Source: an uncultured archaeon | GTDB taxonomy: Archaea; Aenigmatarchaeota; Aenigmatarchaeia; QMZP01; JACQNV01 | Direction of reading: 5' to 3' | Length of the DNA: 64,000 nt | Assembly: GCA_964410585.1 (NCBI GenBank) | Contig: CAYPFW010000001.1 | Coordinates: 192,001-256,000 of the forward strand | In this document: in pieces, positions 56,839 to 64,000 of the stretch | Layout of the letters: each line of letters opens with the position of its first letter | Numbering within the stretch: position 1 is the first letter of the stretch | Translations under genes and position numbers: made by a program | Notes under the pieces: model-generated | Databases searched by the model: none | What the model was told of the DNA's origin: nothing | The model's input: the letters and a program-made list of their open reading frames with translations, nothing else

Positions 56839-58146
56839 ATGAATGGCGAAAATAAAATCTCACTTCCAAAAAAGAAGTTTTTGTTTGTATCACAAGAAAG
56901 TTTGAGCGGAGATTTAGCTTGGCAAGTGAAAAGGGAAGGGCATGAAGTAAAAATATTTATAAAATCAGATGAAGATAAAGATGTTTACGACGGTTTTTTG
57001 GAAAAGGTTGATGATTGGCAAAAACACAAAGACTGGGCAGATGTTGTTGTCTTTGACGACACAGGTTTTGGAGAAATTGCGGATAAATTTAGAAAAGAAG
57101 GCAAGCTTGTTGTTGGCAGTAGCACTTATACAGATAAATTAGAAGAAAATAGGGAATTTGGGCAACAGGAAATGAAGGCTGTTGGAATGAGCACTTTGCC
57201 AAGTTTTAATTTTACAAACTTTGATGATGCGATTAAATTTCTAAAAGAAAACCCTGGAAGATATGTTTTCAAGCCAAGCGGAAACATCACCTCAGAAAAC
57301 AAAGACCTTCTTTTTATCAGCCGAGAGGAAGATGGAATAGATTTGCTTGAAGTTTTGCTCCACAATAGAAAGGCATGGTCTAAAAAAATTGCTTCTTTCC
57401 AACTTCAGAAATACGCATCTGGTGTTGAGGTTGCAGTTGGCGCTTTTTTTAATGGAAAGGATTTCATAAAACCTGTTTGCATTAATTTTGAGCACAAAAG
57501 ATTGTTTCCTGGGGAAACCGGACCAATGACAGGGGAAATGGGAACAAGCATGTATTTCACAAACGACAATATGATTTTCAGCAGCACGCTTGCGAAAATG
57601 AAAGATAAACTAGCAGAATCAAAATATGTTGGATACATTGACATCAATTGTATTGCAAATGCAAAAGGAATTTATCCATTAGAATATACAGCGAGATTTG
57701 GCTACCCCACGATAAGCATACAAATGGAAGGCATTCAAACACCAATGGGCGAACTGCTTTACAAAATGGCTGCTGGGGAAAATTTTGAGATGAAAGTGAA
57801 AAAAGGATTTATTGTTGGCGTTGTTGTTGCTGTTCCACCATTTCCTTTTGATGACAAGAGGACATTTGCAATATACAAAGACTCTTCTATTCTTTTCAAG
57901 AAACCAACTTTGGATGGGATTCACATGGGCGATGTAAAATTAGTGGAAGACGACTGGCATTTGGCTGGAAATTCTGGATATGCGCTTGTTGTGACTGGTT
58001 CTGGAAATACAATGGACGAAGCAAGAAAGCAGGCTTATAAGAGGATCGAAAACATTATTTTGCAGAACATGTTCTATAGGACTGATATAGGTGTGAGATG
58101 GTTCAAAGACAGCGATCTTTTGCAGACTTGGGGCTACCTATATTGA
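56839..58146 (+). CDS. PurD (GARS)-like ATP-grasp protein, atypical N-terminus
   Basis: 'EHKRLFPGETGPMTGEMG', 'LEYTARFGYP', 'FYRTDIG'; lacks canonical GSGGREH. Confidence 0.75.
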   Translation: MNGENKISLPKKKFLFVSQESLSGDLAWQVKREGHEVKIFIKSDEDKDVYDGFLEKVDDWQKHKDWADVVVFDDTGFGEIADKFRKEGKLVVGSSTYTDKLEENREFGQQEMKAVGMSTLPSFNFTNFDDAIKFLKENPGRYVFKPSGNITSENKDLLFISREEDGIDLLEVLLHNRKAWSKKIASFQLQKYASGVEVAVGAFFNGKDFIKPVCINFEHKRLFPGETGPMTGEMGTSMYFTNDNMIFSSTLAKMKDKLAESKYVGYIDINCIANAKGIYPLEYTARFGYPTISIQMEGIQTPMGELLYKMAAGENFEMKVKKGFIVGVVVAVPPFPFDDKRTFAIYKDSSILFKKPTLDGIHMGDVKLVEDDWHLAGNSGYALVVTGSGNTMDEARKQAYKRIENIILQNMFYRTDIGVRWFKDSDLLQTWGYLY

Positions 58147-58222
58147 AACCTTTTAACATAAAAGGTTTATCAAAATAGGAGGCTAAAAATTTACTCGACT
58201 CGCAAATTTTTTACGCCTTCCA
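58146..58222 (-). repeat. Dispersed hairpin repeat, full copy between convergent genes
   Basis: Minus strand TGGAAGGCGT-AAAAAATTT-loop-AAATTTTT-AGCCTCC-tattttgat-AAACCTTTT-atgtt-AAAAGGTTT. Confidence 0.8.
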
Positions 58223-58224
58223 AA

Positions 58225-58983
58225 TTACAGAATTTTTTGACTTTTCTTAACCCAAACTATCCCATAGTGTGCAGACAAAACAACTTTTCCTTTTTGTGTT
58301 TTAGACTCAAAGTAGTCTTCTAATATGGAAACAATTTGCCTTGAATACTCTTTTACTGGCTTGTGAAAGAAGAATTCGCATAAGTCTACTGCTTCTTTGA
58401 CAGAAGGTATTGTAATGGTAGCAGTTACTTTTTCCATTTTTGGAGCTTCGCCTAAATTTTGAATTATTTGAGAGACGTCTTCTATTTTTCCTCTCCTTTC
58501 TTCTTCTCTTCCTGAAATAGATTGCCTAAAGGTTGAAAGCAGTTCTCTGAGATCTCCAGATTCCAAATGGTGGACAATAAACATATAGCCTTCTGGTTTT
58601 GTAAGGGAGAGAAGCTTTTCAATAACTTTGTTCCAATTGTCCATGTGCATGAGAACAAGCGACATCAAAGTCAGGTCGAATTTTCTAGCAAGAATCACGT
58701 ATTCGAATTTTTTGTTGTAAATGTCTAAGAAACTGTTTTTCTTCAGAAGTTTGTCTACTTGGGCCTTTGACTCCTCCACAATTGTTGTTTTTCCAACAAG
58801 CTGGGAAAGTGGGATTGTTATTTCGCCTGTTCCTGCGCCAACGTCTAGAAAAGACCATTCCCTTTTTGGCTTTGCAACTTGGAGAATTTTGTCTAAGATC
58901 AACTGTTTTTCATTTGTGTAGGACAAATATTTTTCCCACTGGTCTGTTTCTGAGTAATTGCCTTTTAGGCTTTGGGTTTGCAT
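58225..58983 (-). CDS. Class I SAM-dependent methyltransferase
   Basis: FLDVGAGTG motif I; 'FDL.L.S.VL.H'; 'KPEG'. Confidence 0.88.
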   Translation of the reverse strand: MQTQSLKGNYSETDQWEKYLSYTNEKQLILDKILQVAKPKREWSFLDVGAGTGEITIPLSQLVGKTTIVEESKAQVDKLLKKNSFLDIYNKKFEYVILARKFDLTLMSLVLMHMDNWNKVIEKLLSLTKPEGYMFIVHHLESGDLRELLSTFRQSISGREEERRGKIEDVSQIIQNLGEAPKMEKVTATITIPSVKEAVDLCEFFFHKPVKEYSRQIVSILEDYFESKTQKGKVVLSAHYGIVWVKKSQKIL

Positions 58984-59063
58984 TCAACTATTTAGAAAAA
59001 ACACCTTATATTTCTGAAAAATTGTATCTTTCTTTTAGTGCGTCTTTCATCTCATGTTCTTTC

Positions 59064-59864
59064 CTATTCTTTTACTTTCAAAGATTCTGGCATGTCTCTA
59101 AGTCTTCTATATTCTATTTTTAAACCTTGATTGTTTAAGTCAGCTACTACCTCATCAAAAGTTGCTGGAGGCACATTTGCAAATTTGAATGTTGTTGTCA
59201 TATGCCTGATACCAATTGTCCAGTTTAAGTCTCCAAGACTTTGATCAGTTAACTCGTCGATTTTCGGTATTTTAAGAGCTTCCTCACTTGTCCAAAATTC
59301 TGAATACCCTCTCACACCAACAACTCTTTCTGGGAGGATTTCTACGTCAGGCCTTTCCTTTCTTGCAATTACTCTTGTTTGTATATCTGCAATAAAATCC
59401 GTTTCACTTGGAAGTTCTTTTTGGTTTGTATAAGAAGCTAAATCATCATCACCAATTGGGTGTATATGATAAAATCTAACTTTTGATCCCGGAGGAAGGC
59501 CTAAAATAGTGTTCCACATTTTTTCCCTATCGGGTTCTATTCTTTTTCTAGGAATTTCAACAACAACTTTATTTGTTTTAGAATCCCTAAACTGCATCAT
59601 ATATGTTCCTGCATCTTTTCCAATGTCAACAAAATAGGTCCTTCCATTTGGCTCATGTACTTCCATCCAGGCATCTTCATCTGGTGATGTGAGGGCAGCG
59701 TCCATCATTCTTTGGATAGCCACATCTTCTGGTCCAACATAAGTTTTTGAAGATGTGTGGTCCACCCGAAGATTTGAAACAGGATATTCTCTTTGGAAAG
59801 ATGCACAACCTACTAGCTTGAGAGCTAAAAGTGCTGAACCTAAATACAAACCTACCTTTCTCAT
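59064..59864 (-). CDS. Lipoprotein with JAB/MPN-like HxH...PSxxD motif
   Basis: Lipobox LVGC; 'FYHIHP...LPSETD'. Confidence 0.55.
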   Translation of the reverse strand: MRKVGLYLGSALLALKLVGCASFQREYPVSNLRVDHTSSKTYVGPEDVAIQRMMDAALTSPDEDAWMEVHEPNGRTYFVDIGKDAGTYMMQFRDSKTNKVVVEIPRKRIEPDREKMWNTILGLPPGSKVRFYHIHPIGDDDLASYTNQKELPSETDFIADIQTRVIARKERPDVEILPERVVGVRGYSEFWTSEEALKIPKIDELTDQSLGDLNWTIGIRHMTTTFKFANVPPATFDEVVADLNNQGLKIEYRRLRDMPESLKVKE

Positions 59865-59885
59865 GTGACGTAATTGTCGTAGGAG

Positions 59886-59900
59886 TTTATAAAGCTTTTC
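59886..59900 (-). promoter_or_regulatory. BRE/TATA promoter, probably leaderless
   Basis: GAAAAGCTTTATAAA 21 nt upstream of ATG 59864. Confidence 0.6.
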
Positions 59901-59975
59901 TTATTTGTTACTTTAGGATAGTAAATTGAATAACCTTTATAAACCCCTAAGCTATAGAATAATTAGGTGATTTTT

Positions 59976-60134
59976 ATGTGGAAGGAAATACCATTTTGGA
60001 AAAAGGCACTTTGGGCTAGTATTTTAATAGGCGGAATTGAAGAGTGCCAAAAGGAAGATAGATATAGATTAGATCCTAACAACGGTGCTATTATAGATAC
60101 ACAATACAAACCAAATCCAGTTTATAGGAAGTAA
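59976..60134 (+). CDS. 52-aa hypothetical protein (MWKEIPFWKKALWASILIGG...)
   Basis: AGGTGA SD; TTTATAAA upstream; not in ORF track. Confidence 0.55.
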   Translation: MWKEIPFWKKALWASILIGGIEECQKEDRYRLDPNNGAIIDTQYKPNPVYRK

Positions 60135-60208
60135 TAGAAGCAAGTTTTCAGTTTCTGAATTTTTACAGAAATTGAATAAACAGGCTTGCATTTAAAGGTG
60201 AGATAGAT

Positions 60209-60652
60209 ATGACAAATAGATTTTCAGGGATTAGAGGAGCTTTGGGTGCATTAGTAGTGTACACATCAGGTTTTTTAGGCGGATGTACTTCGCCACAAGT
60301 TGTTTCAGAGACGCCTAGACCAACACAACCGCCTGCACAAACAATACAAAGAAACCCTTTGCCGAAATATAATTTTGAGATTGCAGACAGATATACAAGA
60401 ATGAATTTATCGTACAGAAAATCTGAAAATGGAAGAAGCAAAACATTTGATGCAGAAATGTTTGATACAGATTCAAACCCAAAAACAGTGGAACAAGCTG
60501 TTGTAACAAGTAGAGAGGGACATGATTCTAACACAGTGATGTTTGTTAGACAAGGAGCAAAGGTTGCAACAACACCTGGATACAGAACAGAAGTCAGGAT
60601 AATGACACCAGAAGATGAACAGCGTTTTGATAGATTGTTTGGTGGGGATTGA
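60209..60652 (+). CDS. Hypothetical lipoprotein
   Basis: AGGTGA SD; lipobox LGGC; Pro/Thr linker. Confidence 0.7.
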   Translation: MTNRFSGIRGALGALVVYTSGFLGGCTSPQVVSETPRPTQPPAQTIQRNPLPKYNFEIADRYTRMNLSYRKSENGRSKTFDAEMFDTDSNPKTVEQAVVTSREGHDSNTVMFVRQGAKVATTPGYRTEVRIMTPEDEQRFDRLFGGD

Positions 60653-60653
60653 T

Positions 60654-61232
60654 ATGAATAAAGTAAGCGAAACTTTAACTAGAGTATTTTTGAGTGCAGC
60701 TTTGGCAACTGGTGGATGTACTTTGCCAGAAACACAAATACAGCAACCAAATCAACCGAGGCCAACTAGAAATGCAGGTCCTGGATATTTGGGGAATTTT
60801 GAAAGGACAATACCTCCAGATGATGGACAAGAATATTCAAGTTCAGATATTCCAAGCGGATGGAAAATATATGAAAGAAGGTCAACAAGACCAGAGGGTC
60901 ATGTAGATGAAAAGAGAGGAATCTATATTGAGGATGGAACACTTTACATTGTTGGACAAAGCAGGTTGTGGGATCCCAACAGCGAATCAAGCGCAATAGA
61001 TGATGCAAACAGGGACGCAGAAAGAAAATTTGGTGAATTGGTTTTAGATTCAGATGGTGATGGAAGTTTTTCAGGGTTCATATCAGGGCTTTATAGTGAA
61101 GCAATAGAATCCGTCATAGTTAAGAGAGGAGGCGAAGTTGCTTTGGTTGTTGAAACAAGAAACTCAATTCCTTTGCAAGGCTTGCCAAGAGATACAAGAA
61201 GAAGAATAGAAAGCAGATATAGTGGAAGGTAA
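60654..61232 (+). CDS. Lipoprotein, LPP20-like
   Basis: Start MNKV; lipobox TGGC; 'P.GW', 'YIVGQS...SAIDDANRDA...F'. Confidence 0.6.
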   Translation: MNKVSETLTRVFLSAALATGGCTLPETQIQQPNQPRPTRNAGPGYLGNFERTIPPDDGQEYSSSDIPSGWKIYERRSTRPEGHVDEKRGIYIEDGTLYIVGQSRLWDPNSESSAIDDANRDAERKFGELVLDSDGDGSFSGFISGLYSEAIESVIVKRGGEVALVVETRNSIPLQGLPRDTRRRIESRYSGR

Positions 61233-61234
61233 AC

Positions 61235-62605
61235 ATGGAATACGCTTCAAGAGATTCAGAAAGCTGGGAACATCCAGACATCAAAAGATTTAGGGATGTT
61301 TTTTCTGATGGATTCATGCATACTGTTGTTCCTATTTTTGTTGGTGATAATAGTTATTTTGTAATAGAAAGATGGGAACACAAAAATGAACAGGTTGATG
61401 TTCTAGAAGCTATTGGTTTTGAAAATACTTTGGGTACAGCAACTGCAACAGAGGAAGATAAAAGGTGCTATCAGGCAGATCAAAGCAAAAATCCTGCATC
61501 TGTTAAGAGAAATCTTCAAGGCGCAGTTGAGGGGCTTAGAAAATTAGCCAGTACAAGCAGTGGAAGGCTGAAGTATGTTGCAGAGGGCCTTATTGGATAT
61601 TATGAAAGGGATGCAAGACCTTTATTAGATAATCTTGAAGATGTTTTAGAAATCCATAGAAGGGCGACCTATATTTTGGATGACCTTCAGAAAGCCAAAT
61701 CAGCAAAAGAATACGGGGATTTGAAAGAAGAACTTAATTCACTTGTACAAAGTGCATATGGAACACCGTGCTGGTCTTATTTTTGGAATGCTGTTCAACA
61801 CCACAATCTTTGGATTGATGGAAAAACTTCCCAACTTCAGGCAGATTTGGGTTTGATAAGATTGGCTCCACAGACACCGGAATATAGACAAGCAATGGAC
61901 AGGCTTGCACAGCTAGCTTTTATGGCAACAAACAGGATATGTTGGAGAAAAAAAGAGCCACAAGATGATATACTGAATTATGATAGGATGTTTGAAAAAG
62001 AGCAAGGAACAATTGGAGATCCAACAGACAGAAGCCCTATTCCAGAAGACTTTTCTATGATTCCAGATATGTTAGTTGGTGGAGACGGTTTTATTTTAGA
62101 AAGGGTTCAGGAGAGAAAAGTTCTAAGGGACAAATGGTTTTGGGAATTTGACGCACTTGCACGAAGGTTTGAAAATCCGCTGGAAGTTGTCCAAGAATCT
62201 ATAAGATACTTAGAAAGGGCAACAGATGTGATGTTGAAGGTTCGACCTGGAACAGTCTATGCTTTTGATGGAAAAACATGTTTGTGGTTTTATGCAACAG
62301 ATGCACTGCATACAGCAGATCCTATACAAGCATTCAAAAGGAGAACGGCAAAGATAGACAAAGATACAATTATGCCAGAATCTCTTTTGGGTGAAGTTGA
62401 TTGGAATGGTATGACTTTTACAGAAGCATTTGGTGAGGAGCCATTTAGGACTATGAGAGAAGAAACAGAAAGAGCACACAACAAAAGGCATTATTTTGAT
62501 CTTGGTGGAGAAATGAGCGATTTTGTTTTTAACCATGAACAGCCCCAACAAGAACCAGCTCCAAAAAAATGGAATCCATTTGGGTGGTTGAAAATCAGAA
62601 GATGA
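61235..62605 (+). CDS. Hypothetical helical protein (456 aa)
   Basis: Long ORF 2 nt after the upstream gene. Confidence 0.7.
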   Translation: MEYASRDSESWEHPDIKRFRDVFSDGFMHTVVPIFVGDNSYFVIERWEHKNEQVDVLEAIGFENTLGTATATEEDKRCYQADQSKNPASVKRNLQGAVEGLRKLASTSSGRLKYVAEGLIGYYERDARPLLDNLEDVLEIHRRATYILDDLQKAKSAKEYGDLKEELNSLVQSAYGTPCWSYFWNAVQHHNLWIDGKTSQLQADLGLIRLAPQTPEYRQAMDRLAQLAFMATNRICWRKKEPQDDILNYDRMFEKEQGTIGDPTDRSPIPEDFSMIPDMLVGGDGFILERVQERKVLRDKWFWEFDALARRFENPLEVVQESIRYLERATDVMLKVRPGTVYAFDGKTCLWFYATDALHTADPIQAFKRRTAKIDKDTIMPESLLGEVDWNGMTFTEAFGEEPFRTMREETERAHNKRHYFDLGGEMSDFVFNHEQPQQEPAPKKWNPFGWLKIRR

Positions 62606-62618
62606 TGGAGAGAAGCAT

Positions 62619-63251
62619 ATGGGAATATATAGATGGATGAAAGAAGCACCAACTTGGAAAGTTGTGACAGGACTCATTGTAGCAAAAGCAGTTTTATTGG
62701 GTACTTTGGCTGCACCAAAAGTTCATGTTGGTAAGGAAAACGCAGGAATGGATATCAGAAGATATACAACTTGGATGTTTTCCACACCAGAACCAGTAAC
62801 AGCAGAAGTCAGAAAAGGGGAATATTTTGGAAGGCCCCTGCTTGGCCAATATTCTTTTGAACCATCCATAAATGAGACAGTGACTTCTTCTAGAGTTTAC
62901 AGAGGAGAAAATGGAGAGTTAATACACGTGGCTACAGATGATTGGGGAAGAGATGGAGAACAAGACACTCTGAGTGTGGTTGCAACAACAGGAGAATGGA
63001 GAAGTGGAAATAGAAAACTATTGTATGCACAAGGTTGGACAAGGGAAAGAATTGGTGGAAAGTTGGTTTTATTTTCAGATGGTTATCAAGGCCCTTTGAC
63101 ACCTCAAGAGGCTGCTGGTCTATCACCTGATTTGCAAAAATTCGCAGGCGCAGAAGGAGATATAGATCCTGAAAGACTTTCCATAAACGTGAGAGAAGAA
63201 GCATACAGGATGACAAAAGCAGGAGAAGATAAGAGATTTGAGATAAAGTAG
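62619..63251 (+). CDS. Hypothetical membrane-anchored protein
   Basis: GGAG SD; N-terminal hydrophobic helix. Confidence 0.65.
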   Translation: MGIYRWMKEAPTWKVVTGLIVAKAVLLGTLAAPKVHVGKENAGMDIRRYTTWMFSTPEPVTAEVRKGEYFGRPLLGQYSFEPSINETVTSSRVYRGENGELIHVATDDWGRDGEQDTLSVVATTGEWRSGNRKLLYAQGWTRERIGGKLVLFSDGYQGPLTPQEAAGLSPDLQKFAGAEGDIDPERLSINVREEAYRMTKAGEDKRFEIK

Positions 63252-63257
63252 GTGCAT

Positions 63258-64000
63258 ATGATAAGAACATTCAGAAACTACGCGAGAAGTTTTGGAGCTG
63301 CAGTAGCTATAGGAGCAGCAGCTCTTGGTTTAAGTTGGTTTTTGGATTCAGCTGAGCCGACGGTCATCAAAAGATACACAGAAAATGGAAGGGAAGTCAC
63401 GCTTTTTGATTATGACGGGAATTTGTCGACAGTAGAGGAAAGAGTGACGAGAGGAAGATTTCCAGCTTTTGGATCTGAACCTCCTTTTGGTGGATATACA
63501 GAAAAAAAAGAATTTGAACCTCCAGTAGAAAGAGATGGAAAAAAAGTGAATACAGAAGTCAGTTTTTATGATCCAAGTGGCAGACGAGTTGAAGGCCCAA
63601 TAAGGACTTTGGAACCGAGAGAAGGCGGGCTTGAAACACCTGAAGAAAAACAAGAGGCTGCAGAAGAGCCAGCATATTTGGCAGAAATAAGAAGCTATTT
63701 TGAAGTAATAGAAAGGCTCACAGAGACTGGAGTTGTGGATGATGTCAGTCATCTGTATCACTATGTAAGCAACCAAAAACATTTTCCAGATGTGAAAGAC
63801 ATGGATATAGAAGTGGATCAGATACCTTCCTTTTATCCAGTAGGACTTTTTGGATCTAGAAGTAGTTATGTTGTATTCAAGTATAGAAATAGTTCAACTA
63901 CGCAGGAAGCTGGTCTACCTGAAGAAGTTGAAATAACTGTCAGTACATCAGATACAATTAAACCTAAAAATGAGGTCAGCTTTAGCTTGTTAATTGGAGG
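63258..64000 (+). CDS. Exported hypothetical protein, truncated by window end (MIRTFRNYARSFGAAVAIG...)
   Basis: AGGTG SD; frame open to the end; N-terminal hydrophobic helix; not in ORF track. Confidence 0.7.
   Translation, partial: MIRTFRNYARSFGAAVAIGAAALGLSWFLDSAEPTVIKRYTENGREVTLFDYDGNLSTVEERVTRGRFPAFGSEPPFGGYTEKKEFEPPVERDGKKVNTEVSFYDPSGRRVEGPIRTLEPREGGLETPEEKQEAAEEPAYLAEIRSYFEVIERLTETGVVDDVSHLYHYVSNQKHFPDVKDMDIEVDQIPSFYPVGLFGSRSSYVVFKYRNSSTTQEAGLPEEVEITVSTSDTIKPKNEVSFSLLIG

Noticed and set aside
63348-63782. 144-aa minus-strand ORF
   Set aside because: Antisense to the plus-strand ORF from 63258, which has an SD and fits the operon

Overview
AT-rich, gene-dense archaeal chromosomal segment. 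Archaeal informational genes (MCM, TBP, Rpo10, rpL7Ae-rpS28e-rpL24e, RPA2-like, Rad50-like) are interspersed with many orphan secreted or lipoprotein ORFs and Cys-rich surface proteins, a pattern typical of DPANN archaea (lineage is inference; Aenigmarchaeota-like is a guess). It also carries bacterial-type purA/purB and a 4056-aa PKD/cadherin-like adhesin. Top observations: (1) a 2257-aa exported protein ends in a diverged RelA/SpoT (small alarmone synthetase-like) domain, a polymorphic-toxin-like architecture, next to purA/purB, a metallophosphoesterase and a variant diadenylate cyclase; (2) a dispersed intergenic hairpin repeat family (about 7 copies) shows compensatory base changes; (3) an outer-membrane-type beta-barrel-like lipoprotein occurs in an archaeon; (4) a K-turn abuts the rpl7ae Shine-Dalgarno site; (5) several small ORFs are missing from the ORF track. 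No rRNA, tRNA, CRISPR array, transposase or integrase was recognised. All calls come from reading motifs by eye; no searches were run.
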